DNA of 61,909 nt, filler included, from Basidioascus undulatus (Eukaryota), in NCBI GenBank assembly GCA_000826855.1. It is 5 parts of 5 records of this genome, joined end to end, with 100 filler letters (N's around TTAATTAATTAA, not from the genome) between each part and the next. Parts side by side here need not be neighbours in the genome. Positions count along the whole stretch, not along the records: positions 37,209 to 45,383 come from JTLS01001430.1; positions 45,484 to 53,647 come from JTLS01001431.1; 3 more parts are not named here. One strand, written 5' to 3'. The position numbers were made by a program, and so were the translations under genes. A model generated the notes under the pieces. The model was not told the origin of the DNA. It was given only the letters and a program-made list of their open reading frames with translations, and ran no database searches. How positions within the stretch are numbered: position 1 is the stretch's first letter; every line of letters starts with the position of its first letter. Of the stretch, positions 38,138-51,704 are shown piece after piece.

Positions 38138-38771
38138 ATGCCGTCTTTCCTCGAGCTGCTCAACGAGATTCTCTTCGACATCCTTTCGCTCGCATACGTG
38201 CTCGACTACGAGCTCGTCCAGCAGGCGATTCCACCAGGGCTCATCGCCACTCTGGGACGGCCCACGGCTCAGCGAATTAGATTGCTCAGCGCCTTCTACA
38301 GCAAGATCATCGTCACGACCGCGGCACAGCGCGATGCACTCTGCCTGTACAGCATCAACGCAGGCGGCCGGCCTGTCGCTCTCTCATCATCCGGTCCCAT
38401 ATCAGCGCGTCTAGGATTCCACTGATGTTAAAACGTGGGCAACCCTGCGCCATCTTGACCTGAGACTTGACGGGAACACCACACGGAGATGCTGCGATAC
38501 TCTTTACGAAGCGTTGCACCAGCTACGTTTGACGGAGCTCATCTTCTCCTCATCGGATGCCGCTCTGTGATGCCTCGACAAGACCGTGCAGCATTGGTCA
38601 AAACCTGGGCACGCACTCAATTTGCTCATATACCTGAGGCGTTATTTCGCATGGCCTCCGATGCCCGACCTTAGCCAAATCCAGGTAAACATTGCTGCCT
38701 GGTTCCTTTTCGAACGACATCAGCTCCACCTCTTCGAATCGCTTACGAAAACCCTTACGTTGAAGGCATAG
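38138..38771 (+). pseudogene. Decayed F-box-like gene
   Basis: MPSFLELLNEILFDILSL resembles an F-box start; followed by stops and frame changes. Confidence 0.4.
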
Positions 38772-40172
38772 CTTTAGCCGCCCAGTCTTGGGCGGCACCG
38801 CTTCTCGACCCTGCCAGTGCGGCTGGCGCACCGTGGATAGCGCTCCGGCCTCGCGTCGAAGCCACCCCTGCAAATGTGCCGGTTGAGGACAAGCGTGCGC
38901 CTGCGTCTGCGGACTGATCTTCACTTACCGTTTCCGCCAAGTATATTTTGCACTTATTGAGTCTTTGCAGACGCTTCCCACTGCCGAACCCGGAAAGAAA
39001 GGCCGTTTCCATGGACTGTTGTCGGTCTGGAAGGACACCTGGACCTAGCAGTACTAACCAGACTGTGCGCACTGTGCGGCAACCGGTTGCACTGGTAGCT
39101 GAGGAACACACATGTGGATTGCTTCAGATTTTGCTCTGGGGTGACAACCAGTTAGAGTATAGATTGGGTGATCGTGCGAAACGATATCCATGTCACACGT
39201 CGTTCACTCTGGAGGGAAGTGCCAGCCGGTTACATACCCAGTAGCGCCAGCTTCGGGTCCAAAAACGTCAGCCCACACCTACCGAGATTGATCAAGCGGA
39301 TCAATGCAGCTTCGTATTTAAATTCCGAAAGCCCAACAAGGGAGGTCCTTCGAGGTCTGCATGAGTTCCCGTCCCGTTCTTTTCAAGTCTGACTCGGGAC
39401 TATCACCTGCGCGAACCCTCCATGGGGCCGACACTCGATGGTCTCAATTGCTTAAAACTCACTCGTGGATGCAACGCCAGCGAAAGCGCAAAGTATCCAG
39501 GACGTCGGACGGCCGACAAGGCCCGCAAACCCTGCAATGGCCAGACAAACATGTGAGTGCGGGACCGCTGCACAATTATCAGCCGGATGTTCTATCACAG
39601 ATATGAATATGGAACACTCCACTCGGGCCTCCTGTTTCAAAGTTCGAGCTTGGCTCGAGGTTCGTTGTGCAACACGCCGGTGTTCGTTACACAACCCACT
39701 ACCGTTGCGTGCTCGGGAACTAACAGGGCACGGACACGACACGATTCCACACAAATTACAAGGCTTTTTTTTATTTGGACTGCAAAGACTCGATCTATAC
39801 GTGAGGAGACCGAACCCGATCAACTAGGCAAAGCGCCGCTGGGGCAAGGTGGTGTCGGTGAAAGTCCGCCTAGACTTGCTGGTCTGCGGCTTAGTAGACA
39901 CGTCAACAGAACATCGTTTGCGGGCATGCATGAGCCGAGAGCCAAGGATGCTGGGTAGAAGATGCCGGCGGGTGGCTGTAACAGAAGCGTAGGTCGTTCA
40001 GTTGTAGGCCCCGTTTCGCTGGTTTTGCTAGACGGCTCACTTTCGAGATACTGCACTCCGTTCACTGTGGTCTCGTGCTCGTTGGTGCCGATCGACAAAA
40101 TAAATGTTGTTATGGAACATTTTTCTATACGCAGCAACAGACTTGAGCCTGGCATGAAGGAGTGCATGAGCC

Positions 40173-41888
40173 CTACGCCCGAGCCACCTTTAGCATCTCG
40201 TCTACAGTCAAGATCTTCTCCGCCGCCTTTCCCTTCTCCGCGCCCCTGCGCCTCTCCTCGGCATGGATGCGCTGCCACGCGTCCCACTCGACCGCCTCGC
40301 CCGCCAGCTCGATCGGCACACCGTCCGCGGGTGCTGGCGGAAGGAAAACGGGCGAGTCGTGCGAGGTGCGCGATGCGGTCGGAGTTGCTGGTGAGAGAAG
40401 GTCGGTAAGCAGCATGTCTGCTGCGGTGTACGAGTCGTTCATGGTTGCAGCGATGACGCCGACAGGCCCACGGGCTGCCCAGCCGGTCGAGTAGACGTTT
40501 GGAATCTGTGATGGGAAGACTGGCATTGGGCCTTTCGCGAAAAAAAGGAAGGAGGAAGAGGGCGTGGAGTCACGCACCCATTCACCCGATTCATCAACGA
40601 CCCTTCCACCGACGTTCTTGATGACCCCGCGCGCAGTGTCAAACGGCACAGGCCCGACACCCTCGCTCCGATACCCGACGCTCTCTATCACAAGGTCTGT
40701 CGGCTCCTCGACCTCGCTTCCTGTCGGTGTGGCGAGCACCCTCGGCGGCTGCACGGGCTCCTCCTTGGCCGCCGGGTTTGCGGGCGGCGGCGAGGCTGCG
40801 GCGGAGAGGGTGTTGACGGAGTATCGCACGCTTCCGACGCGACTCGGGTCGTCTTCGCGCGGCTTGTACGCGATGGGCGACTGCAGGAACTCGAGGGCCC
40901 ACTCGCGCTGCGCCTCGGGCGAGCCGGGAGCGACGTTCGAGCCGCCTTCCAGCAGGCCAAGGATGCGCTTGCGCGCGCGCCACTCCTTGTTGCCTGCCGC
41001 CGCGCCCGCCTCGCCGGCCTCGATCGCCTCAGCCATGTGAGCTGGATCGACGCCCCCAAACGCGACGTTGCGGAGGTGCATCATCTCGCGGACCTCCTTC
41101 GCCGTGAACGCAACCTGCCCGACTCCACGGCGGCCGACGAGCGTGACGCGCTCGACGGGCGCGGCGCGAAGCGCTTCGAGCACCCGCGAGGGGATGTCCG
41201 TGCACGAGAGGTCGTCGACCAGAGAGGGCGTCGGCGCTTTGAGGAGCATGCGCGCGACGTCGAGCGCGACGTTGCCTTGGCCGATGATGGTGACCCGCTT
41301 CGCGCGCTTGAGGTCCGCGAAGATGCGCTCATGCAGGTTGTCAGAGGAGAAGTACGGGTGGCCATTGTACCACCCGACAAACTCCGGCGCAGAGTAGACA
41401 CCGTGCGGGATGCGGTCGGGTGCGGTTGCGGAGCCGGAGACGGAGCGAAGCGGCGAGGGGTGCAAGGCTCCGTGCGAGAGGGCCAGATGCGAGTAGTGTG
41501 GGAGAATCGCAGAGAGCGGGAGGGAGAGGGTGGATCGTGGTGCAGGCGTGGGCGAATCGATCGCGACGTTGCCGAAGAAGCGGAAGCGCGGATCTGAGCC
41601 GAGCTTCGAAAAGGTATTGATGCAGTTCTGAGAGACCGACAGTTCAGATCAGACGCTGCTGGTATTTACGACGATATGCCCAATATTTACCTTCACATCA
41701 GGATGGTCAGGAGCTACGCCGTACCGCACAAGCCCGTACGGGACCGGCAGACGCTCGTACATGTGCACCTCGTCGTGGGGCCTTCCCGGCGGAAGACGCG
41801 CAAGGATGCGATGCGCAAAGTAGAACGCGGACGGTCCCGAGCCGAGGACCGCGAGCTTCAGTCGTAGCGCAGGGAGCGTTGGCCGCAT
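40173..41888 (-). CDS. ARH1: NADPH:adrenodoxin (ferredoxin) reductase, mitochondrial
   Basis: LAVLGSGPSAFY, PVPYGLVRYGVAPDHPDVK|NC, EFVGWYNGHP, IIGQGNVALDVAR, GWAARGPVGVIAATM. Confidence 0.96.
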
Positions 41889-42827
41889 TGTCTATTGCGA
41901 TGCAGTTTCAGAATCAGGTCGGGAGGTTGCGAGTGAGTCGAGGAGGCCCGTCTTACCGGAGGTTGACGTCAGTCCAGAACGACGGCGTGAACGCGAAGCG
42001 AAGCCGGAGCAACGATGGAAAGATACCAGTCAGTGAAAGCGTGTTTAGAGTGATAAGTTAGTAGGTCGCGGAGGAAGGCAGCAAGAAGCAAGGAAGGGAG
42101 CGCTGCAATCTGCGAGTCGAAGGTGAGGTAATTGAGTGGTCCGCGGTAGGCCGATGGAACCCGGCGAGTTGCACTCGCATGCCAGATCCTGTACAACATC
42201 AACATTCGGTAGGATGAAGTGTCAGTGAGAGCTCATAGAGCAGATTTGCAATGCTGCTGCGCGTTTGGTGAGAGTGCTGCGAAGAAGCAACAGTGGGGTG
42301 TGTGTCCACTGTACGCTGTACGCAGTGCAGTTTCACTAGTTCGACAGCTTAATTGTCTTGCTAGGAACTGGATGTCCACGAAGCTATCACAGAAAAGGTC
42401 AGGAAACGGATATGCAAGAGCTGAGGGAAGTGCAAGCACGGCCGCAACCTATGCCAAACGTGCCTGTAGAGCTGCAGGCGCCATAGCTCTCAGTCAAGCA
42501 CAGAGTCCGTGTCATCATTTTGTTGTACAGCGGCAGAAGAGCAGCAAGGGATAAGAAAGAAGAAGAAAGAACGGGAGCATGGCCCCCCCCAAGCGGTACA
42601 GGTCACTCTCACTGACTGCTCTATCCGTGTGTGTATCGTCCCCGGCGTCGGCCCCCTCCGATCCTGCGTACTGTTCGATCCGGCTTCTCGCTGCGGTAGA
42701 AGTTGCGAATAGGGTCAGACGCTTGACAGGGCCAAAGGAAGGCGAGGCGAATTGGATATAACTTACTCATCATCCTCCACCACCCGCTCAACCCTCCTTC
42801 CGCCATTCACCCACCCACAAACAGCAA

Positions 42828-44637
42828 TTACGGTTCCTCCCCTCCGCTGCTCCCGCCAACCCATCCAATCAGTTCCCCATCCCTTCTCTTCCCTATCCTG
42901 TTCCGTGAAGGAGCGACGTACAAGAGCAGCGAGATGCTCTCGCCGTTGTGCGTGCGCCGGATGGCCTCCGCGATCGTGTACGAGACGTCCATGACCTCGA
43001 GCTTGCCGCCACAGCGCTCGACGCTCTTTGACTGCGGGATCGTGTTGGTCACCTGTTGCGTCCCGGCCCCGGCGAGTCAGTTTACGAATGGGACTGGGCG
43101 GTGCGGAGTGGGAGGACGGAAAAGGAAGACGCACGGCCAGCTTGTCCAGAGGAAGCGTGGCGATGAGGTCGAGGGCTTCGTTGGAGATGAGGCCTGCGAG
43201 CGATGCAGGCCGAAGGGTAAGTCCAACAGACATCCAAGATACCAGCCGGGGGGAGTGATGCGAACCGTGCGAAATAAGCGCCCACACGCCCGTCGCGCCC
43301 TTGGCCCTGAGCGCCTCGCACGCGAGCCGGAGTGTCTGGCCGGTGACGACCATGTCGTCGACGAGGATGGCGACCTTGCCCTTGACGTCGCCGACGACGA
43401 CGTCCATGTGGTCCTCTCCCTCCTCCGCGTCCGCGTGCTGGCCGTTCATGCTCCCGCCCGCGCTCCCGTTCGGGCGCACCCGGCTCCGGTGAATCAGACC
43501 AAAGTTCACCCCTAGCCGGTCGGCGAGGGCGGTCGCGCTGGGGAGGAGCGGGGGAGTGAGTGGGGAGGGGAAGGTGAAAGAGGGAGAGAGGTAGTCAGGG
43601 AGGGAGGGAAGACGCACCGCTTTGCACCGCCCGCGTCGGGCGAGAAGACCACCGCGTCCCGCCAGGAAGGCAGGAACGCCTTGATGTACTTGATCATGAT
43701 CGGCTCGGTATACCTGTTTCCCCATCCCGCGTAACCTTACTCAGTTCCCCGCGTCTTCCTGCGCACTCTGACCTGCCATGACACGCACAGGTTGTCCACG
43801 GGGATGTCGAAGAAGCCCTGGCCCACCTCCCTATCAAGTGAGCGGGAGTAGAGAGGCGGGGATCGAAGAAGACGCTGCGCACCTGGATTTGGGAGGCGTG
43901 CAGGTCCATCGTGATTACATGGTTGCACCCGGCGACGGTGAGCATGTTGGCGACGAGCTTGGCGGTCTGGGTGCAGGGGAGCAGGGGATGCGGCACGTTC
44001 AGCCCTAAGAGTAGGACGGGCGGAGAAGGGAAAGCTGCACGCACGATGGGTGCCCGAGACTTGTCTTTCCTGTCTTGCCGGGCATAAGGGAAATTGGGCA
44101 TCACAGCCGTGATCCGCCTCGCCGAAGCTGTTTTGCAAGCTGCCCCACCACGAACCCGACCACCCAGACCAGGCCTCAGCGAGAGAAAGAGAAAGGAGGG
44201 AATCGAAGGAAAGGCGAGGCGCACCGTTGGCGAGGATGAGGAGCTCCATGAGGGCGTCGTTAACGTCGCCGCAGCCGGACTGGAGGATGAAGACGTCCTC
44301 CTCGCGGACGGACTCCATAATCTTGACCGACACCTCCTGGTTGGAGAACTTCTTGACCGTGCACGGAACGAGGTGCATGCCCAGCCTAGTTCCCCCCACC
44401 GGCACCGCAGGATCAGCCCATCTCCCATCTCTCTATCCCTGCTTCACAAGGCCTTCGAGGAGGAACCTCACCGGTCAGCGACGGCGGCTGCCAGCTCCGG
44501 GTGGCTGTTGCCTGCAGGCGGGGGGGGTGTCGGTGTGCGTGAACACGGGCGAGCGAGCGGCGTCGGAGACGGGTGGTGCGTGTGAGCGCCAGGCGAGGAC
44601 ACTGACCAGTGATGAGCTTGACGCTATCTTGGCGCAT
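42828..44637 (-). CDS. Ribose-phosphate pyrophosphokinase (PRPP synthetase) family subunit
   Basis: [68 protein letters not shown]. Ribose-5-P loop divergent (DDMVVTGQT). Confidence 0.93.
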
Positions 44638-45295
44638 CTTGTCTCCGCGGCAGCTTGGGGAAGGGGAGAGCAAAAGCTCGGTGGAGAAAGGAAGGAAGAA
44701 AGCGGTGTGTGGAGGAGCGAGGAGATGAGATGAGAGTGGAAGTCAAGGAGGAGCGATGCCTTGCCAAGCGAGGAGAGAAGTTCGGGCGCGGGGCTGCGAC
44801 CCAACATTTTGCATCCTTTCTCCGAGCCCCCTGCAACGCCGACAAGGCCATTCGCACTTTGCTCCCTTCCGTCTGTGCCAGACACGTATATTTTCTGTTT
44901 GTGTATATGTTCGGTCGCAGTGGAACGTGTGCACAGTGGGCGTGAAGGCACAAGGCCGTTTGCTTGCTGGGCGCGCTGCGACCGACCTGCTGCTTGTGGA
45001 CTGCCAGTCGGGAGCCTGCTTTCTCGCCCGTTCTTGGAATTTTCCAAGAGCATTCTCAAGTTACCGCGGAAAGTGTAGGTATGAGCGGGAGCGGTGAGAA
45101 GCTGTTCCTGAAAATTTGTGCCAGTTGAGAGGGTTCCAGCGTGCCGAGCCGTAGGCGGGTTTAACCCATCAAGTTCTTTGGCGCTTACTTCCTGTCAATC
45201 CGACTCGCCTCCTACACCACCCCGAGCATTCCTCCCAGCATCCCATGAAGTCTGGCAGTCCCTTCCTCCCTCCAACCCACCATATCCACCCCACC

Positions 45296-45383
45296 ATGGC
45301 CACAACCAGCACCACCGACCTCACCGACCCCTCCCACCCGCCCTCCATAGACCCGTCCATCTCCCAGCACCTCCGCCTGCGCC
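45296..45383 (+). CDS. Possible N-terminus of an unidentified gene, cut by contig end
   Basis: CACCATGG context then C-rich codons MATTSTTDLTDPSHPPSIDPSISQHLRLR, divergent from the PRS gene. Confidence 0.35.
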
Positions 45384-45483
45384 NNNNNNNNNNNNNNNNN
45401 NNNNNNNNNNNNNNNNNNNNNNNNNNNTTAATTAATTAANNNNNNNNNNNNNNNNNNNNNNNNNNNNNNNNNNNNNNNNNNNN
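45384..45483. other. Artificial contig spacer
   Basis: N44-TTAATTAATTAA-N44. Confidence 0.99.
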
Positions 45484-47146
45484 TCATCGAGAGGAAGCGC
45501 AGGCGGAAGGAGTCGGGGTCGTCGTTTAGCCTGAGGTTGTACAGGGGAGAAAGTGTGAGAAAGGGGCTTGGAAGGGGTGGGGGAAAGTAACGCACCGTTC
45601 CACGAGGATGAGGACGTTTTGTGAGGGGTCGAGCTCGATGTCGACTCTGTTGCCAGCACGGAGTAAGACTGAGAGCAGCGTGCGGAGAAGGAAAACGCCA
45701 ACGCACATCCCGCGCATCTTCCACCCTAAATGGCGCGTTCGTCTCATCGTCCTTCGCGAACAGAAGAGACGCGCCCTTGTCCCACGACTGGGGCGTGTTC
45801 CTTCCGGCAGACGCGCAACGATCAGGGGATAGCCTGCCTCAACTCGCCCGCCGCCGATGGCTGCCCACCCGCCGCGAATTGCGTGGAGGGGACTTCCTAT
45901 ACCCAGGCGGATCAGTAATCTGCTGTTACTGGTGGTGAAATGGAGAGAGGGGAGGCCCACCGCGCAACGGATTCTGAGGAAGGTTGTCGCCGAAGGTGTA
46001 GTTGAATGCCCACATGGAAGGGTCTGTGTGGCCGTATCACCGTAAGATCACCCTCGTCATGATAATGAGAAAATAGAGTGCGTACGCCAAAGAGCAACAT
46101 GAGCCGCTTGTGCGGTGACGGAAACCTCAACAGGCGGACCAGGGAATTAGGAAACGGAGAGCGTGACTGAGGGCGAGGGACGAGAGCTCGCAATGCGTGC
46201 ATTCCGCCTGCCTTTTATACCTGATTCTCTGTCAGAAGAACCAAGTACATGCTTGCCTTGAGGAAGCAACTGGAATGCGCACCCTCTGAGGGGCACAGGT
46301 AAGTGTCTACCTACACCCGTACTATTTCCATGGGGCCGCAACTCCTTTCCAGGCTGTTGATCGTGACAGATAGCAAATTCCTGGCGACCCTCGTATGTAT
46401 TTTCAACGCCCGAAGTAAGAGTCCAGTGACACTCGTAGGGCCTGTTCGTTTCCCCCGACGGGTGGGGAGGCTTCCTTGGGAACAAGATGAGCGGCGAACT
46501 CTCGTCGCCGAACCGCAGCAGGACCAGGAACTTGCACTGTATCCCAGAGGACATTTAGTGTTGAAACCGATCTCATGTATCTTTCGTATATGGTAGAGCT
46601 TTTTTTTCGATCACGGACGACTGAGGTATTGAAGAGATTGGAAATGAAGTGAAGGCAGACGTTGTCGTGCCTTGAGAGGTGTTTCGTGTCACTTTCAAGT
46701 TCTCAGATCACAATCAGAGACTCACTGCTTAAAGAAATTTTTTATAACTGCTAAGATTATAAACTGACCTTTGAAGAAGAGGGAGGAGCCCTGAGTAGCG
46801 CTGCTTAGAAGCGTGGGCCAACGGGCTCGCCCTCCCGCAATTTCAGATCGACGTAGCGATGCCGATAAGCAGTCGGGCGTATATCTGTTGGTAATTCTAA
46901 AGAACATCTCAATTGACCCGATCACACTTGTGCTCACGGCCGAGAAACGGGTCCGCTTTAGCCGCCTCGTGGAGGATCTGGACTTGGTAGTTCACGGGCG
47001 TGGGGCGCAGATATCGGGGCAGCCGTTCGCGGAGGGCGGCGCAAACGCGCTGTGGTGGGAGCCGCAGTTGACGGTTGTCAATAATATGCATGCGGGGTAT
47101 ACTAGGCGACCTGATGCCGGAGAAGTGGAAAAGCTTGGGACATTCA
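45484..47146 (-). pseudogene. Probable decayed basidiomycete F-box-type gene (3' end cut off)
   Basis: Exons with GT-AG borders: RVCAALRERL...VNYQVQI and VDIELDPSQNVLILVER|LNDDPDSFRLRFLSM (DPSQxxLxLxE-type motif). Middle exons could not be joined without stops or shifts. Confidence 0.4.
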
Positions 47147-47469
47147 TGAGACTGGCGTGGGTGTAGGGTGTTTCCGGGCTGTCAGTGAAAAAGGACGTAC
47201 CTCCTGTCCCCCCGACAGTCTCGCGTTGTTTGCCCGATGCAGAACGGTTAGAAAGGCAATGAAATTAAAGACATTAGAAATATTAGCATTGAAGATCACT
47301 TCGGGGGTCAGTGAGCTTGCCGGCAGGACACAACGCGAGAGCCACCTCGATGCGAATGTCTTCATTCAACCATCATCATCTTTCTCTGCTCGACTCGAAA
47401 CTGACCCCACGCGCTCGCGTTTCTCGATACCTCGTCACTGGTCTTCTTCATTCACTGACTTGATCAAAC

Positions 47470-48815
47470 ATGTCGACGACCCAGCGCCTCGCGCCCCTCC
47501 TTCCCCTCCTTCCCCCGCTCCCGAACTTCCCCCCCGAGCACTTCCTAGCGCTCCAAGCCGCCGGGGTGCACACCGTGCCGCACCTGCTCTTCACGCCTTT
47601 AGAGACACTCCTCACATGTCTCCCCGCCGAGATCGGGACTCGCGGGCTCGAGGAGCTTCGCTCTGCCGTGGCGGAGGTGTGCGGGGCGGAAGGCACGCGT
47701 GCAGGGGACGCGCTCCACCTTCCCGAGAGCGCGGACGGCGCTGGGAGCTGGGGCGTCCGGTGGTTGGACGAGGTTATCCCTGGCGGAGGAGAGGGGCGAG
47801 TGGTAGAGCTCGCGGGGCCGGACGGGTCAGGAAAGAGTGTGAGCACCTTCTCGGGTCTGCGTCCTTCGCCCCGCTGACACCGATCCACGCCACGATCCAC
47901 GCCAGCTCGTCGCGACGCACCTACTCGTAGCGCATCTTCTCGCTCGCCCAGAACACACTACAGCGCTCTGGCTCGACACGCGCACGGCGTTCAACGCCCA
48001 GCGCTGTGCGGACGTGCTCGATCGGCGCGGCGGACCGCGGGAGGCACTCGACCGCGTGCGCGTCGTGCGGTGCTTTGCGGTCAAAGAAATCTGGGACGCG
48101 CTGGACACGATGCGTGTGGAGCTGGAGGTAATCTCCGCATAACTTTCCTACTCCGGAGCTGCTCCCACTCATGTAGATTTTTTTCTGTAGGCGACCCATG
48201 AACCCCCCGACCCACTCCCACCACGCCCGAGCATCCTCATGATCGACCGCCTGTCCAACCTGCTCGAATCCACCCTCACAGGCCCAAACGCAGCGCAAGG
48301 TCCGCCATCTCCTTCCTACCCCGAATCCGCTTTCTCACGCCTCGCCCCAAATCCAGGCAACGCGACCCTGACCTCCCTCCTCTCGCACCTGTTCCTCCTC
48401 GCGCGCACCCACTCCCTAACCATCCTCCTCCTCAACCCCCCCTCCACCTCCTCAACCACCACCTCCCGCACCCGCGCATTAACCAACCCCCACGCGACGT
48501 TCGCGTCCGTCCGCGGGCGCCCGGCGCTCTACCCCAGCCTCGCGTTCGGCACGGACGCGACCGTGTGGATCGCTCGTGGGGAGGAGGTGTTCGGGACGGA
48601 CCCTCGGGATGGGAAGAGGAAGGAGGGGAGGCGCGCGGTTGTGTTAGATGTGCTGAGGAGTCGCGTGGGCGGATCGAGCGCGTGGGCGGCGTTCGAGACG
48701 GTACGTGCACGCTTGTCCCGTTTTGAAGAAATTGTGGTTAAGGCTTTACTACGGGATGTTCGGGATCCTACAGGATGGGGTGGAAATGTCCGCGATCAAT
48801 GTTTTTGCCACCTGA
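47470..48815 (+). CDS. RAD51 paralog, RAD51D-like
   Basis: Walker A ELAGPDGSGKS|L, LWLDTRTAF, Walker B ILMIDRLS, RPALYPS...TDATVW, VLRSR. Confidence 0.8.
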
Positions 48816-49141
48816 ACGTGTCGAACCTTGTGTATGCCCACTCTCTACCTCCTGCCTACTTTGCGAACCTGAGAAATGGCCGGCCCGTCTCACTACGACC
48901 TTGAAGACGGAAGCACTAACACTGCTTTCCGAGTTAAGTTCTCAGGGGTCGAGGTAGTACTAGATGAAGGCAATCACGACGGCGAGACAGAAGCAGAGGT
49001 GTCAGGAGGACAGCTGTCCGCTCCCGAATCATCACGTTCTCTCCGCCCCCTCCTCCGAGGACCCCCGCCCCTCTCGCATTTGCCTTCCTCACCCCACACA
49101 CCTTCGTCCTTCTCAAGCGTGCTGAAATCCGTCTTTCGCCC

Positions 49142-49995
49142 ATGCCGTCCCTCATGGACATGGTCGACGAAGGCGAGGACCCGCCGCAGCGAGTGCAGCA
49201 AGCGCTCGCGCTCGAGATGTTCCGCTTGCCGACTGTCGAGGAACGCAGGGCGGGGGCGGGGCCCGAGGAGGAGGAGGATCAGGAGGAGGGGCGCAGGCCG
49301 AAGCTTGGGAAGGCTGCGCTTCCCGGACCTGGCGGTGACACGCAGTGAGTTGGGCACTGCCTGCGAAAGGGCGGAAATGGACGCTGACGACGAATGAAAT
49401 GCAGCGTCGTCACCGCCGGACTCCGTCCTTCCTTTCGACCGACAGACCCCCATCTTCGTCTTCCGCCGCCCACCCGCCACCATCGAAGAGCGGCGAATCA
49501 GAGCCAAAGATTGACGCGGATGATGATGCGGACGACGACGCGTCGGACGCGGGGTCTTGGGTCTGCCTGCCCCCGTTGCAGGCCATCACCGATGCGTTGT
49601 ACGTCGATTTTCCCCATTCTCCTTGCGCAGCGGTAAACCTGATTTTCCTGCCCATTCCACCGAGCGTCACCCCCCGGCATCTTCGCGACCTACGTCGAGA
49701 CGGCACTGCCGTTCCGCGAGGTGCGCGTACCTGTGCCGGCGCACGTCAGCCACGCGATCGAGAGCGCCGTGGTCGATGCCAAGCGCGTGGTCGTCGAGGG
49801 CTCGCTTGGGGTGTTCACAGTGCTGTGCTACGCGTAGGAATGTGTGGATGGGATGTTAGGGAGATCGAGGTTGAGTTGGATGTGGGCTTGGGCGTCTGGG
49901 AAGGGCGCGTGGGACGGGAGGAGCGGATGCGCCCGTGGAGGGGAAAAGTCGGTCGGACCGTTCTTTGTGCTTCGTCTATTATGTTCCAGGGCTGA
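49142..49995 (+). pseudogene. Unidentified gene with apparent frameshifts and stop
   Basis: Coding-like GC3 bias shifts between frames (...FLPIPPSVTP / IFATYVETALPFREVRVPVPAHV...VLCYA*). One GT-AG intron near 49345-49404. Confidence 0.35.
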
Positions 49996-50527
49996 CGCGG
50001 TCCTTGCCTTGCTCTCCTTTCCAGTATAACGGATCAGGTCGCATCGGTATTGGCATGCAGGTTTCGGATTGCGCGAATCCCAGTCGCACCTGTGCGGTCG
50101 CTCATCCGACACCTTGCATTTCTCCGAACTTTGCGCCTCTTCGACAGGAAATCGACAGGAATACGCGCATGCTGCGTCGGGTTTCCGAAGGCGTGGAAGA
50201 TTTCTGGCCCTCACACCACGATCGCCGCAGCCCGGTCGCTCGACATCGCTCCGCTTTCATGCTCGTCTTCTTGCCAAGTTCACGGTCCTTCGATTGGTCA
50301 TCCTTCTCGACGATCTTGATCGACTTGCGCCTGTCCTGCATTTGGCTTGACATTAGAGGCAACTTTGGTCTCATTGCTGCTTTATGTGACATTCCTCGAT
50401 AGCCCGCACTGCAGCCCGCACATGCGGGCATCGTGTGGTTCACTCTTCGCAATAGATTTTTGGTAACTCTATTCATTCATGGATGCCCGCCCATCAACCC
50501 TCGGGGAATCGCACACCTCTGAACCCC

Positions 50528-51704
50528 TCACCAGCACGACACACCGCCATCGCTGTATCTCATGAAGTCAGCTGTTTTGTTTTCAAGGGCTTATAGCCGC
50601 CTTTCGACATCATTAACTCACACGAGGATGTCTTGACCGGTCTGGTAGGAGCTCGCGTCTGACGCGAGGTAGACGATCGGCCCGCGCAGCTCCTCTGGAA
50701 GACCCATACGCCCGAAGAGACCTTTGCGTTGGAGGGACGTGATCAGGGCTCGATGAAGGTAAGACATGCACAGAATATGAACGATGCTCACCCTCCTTCT
50801 GGAATGCAGCGATCAGCTGCGGGTTTTGCTCGCCGAGGGCCTTGGTCACTGCCCCCCGCCGTGACACTGTCAGGCACATGAAATGCACGAACTCAACGCA
50901 GAACGCACTGTCGGTCATCATGTACCCCGGCGAGATCGAGTTGACGCGGATATTGTGCTGCGCCAGCTCCATAGCGAGCGGCTTGACGAGCCCGCGAACT
51001 GCAGCCTTCGATGCACAGTACCCCGCGATGCGCTGCTGAGGTGCGCCCTGGTGGCTCGTAATGCTGTCGCGGGACCCACTCAATTGAGATTTTCTTCCAT
51101 TTCCCAGAGACGCAGACGGAGTAGACGTACCTCGCGATGAAGATAATGCTCCCGCCCGTACCCTGCTGAGCCATGTGCTTCGCACACCCCTGCGCAACAA
51201 GCCACGTTCCGACGGTGTTGACCTGCAGCTGAACCTGGAAGTCGGCCAGGCTGTGCTCGAGGAAGGGCTTCTCGCGCACGATCCCTGCTGCGGCGAGGCA
51301 GACATGGATCCCGCCCAGCATAGAGGCGATGCTTGCAAGCGCGGACTCGACTTGCTCGGCGTCCGTCACGTCGCACCTGAAGTACTTGGGGATCAGAAAA
51401 CTGCATCATGGCGTTGAATGTGTGTCAAAGCTTACTTGTGGTACTTAACTCGCACACCAAGCTCCTTCAGACTCCACAGCGCGTCAGACGCAGGGAGAAC
51501 GTCAAGGACGGCGATGTCCGCGCCAGACTCGGCCATGGCACGAGCCATAGTGAGGCCGAGGCCACGAGAACCACCTATGCGGCAAGAGTGTCAAGTATTG
51601 CTCGAGTGAATAAAGGAAGAAGTCGTACCGGTGACCACAGCGACCTTGCCCTGCAGGGAAAACTCGGGGATGGTCTTGGAGGAGGAGGCGACAGGGACAG
51701 TCAT
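50528..51704 (-). CDS. Short-chain dehydrogenase/reductase, D-arabinitol 2-dehydrogenase/sorbose reductase-like
   Basis: FSLQGKVAVVT|GGSRGLG, CDV, AAAGI, YCASK (YxxxK), IRVNSISPGYMMTD, YQTGQDILV|DGG. Confidence 0.9.
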
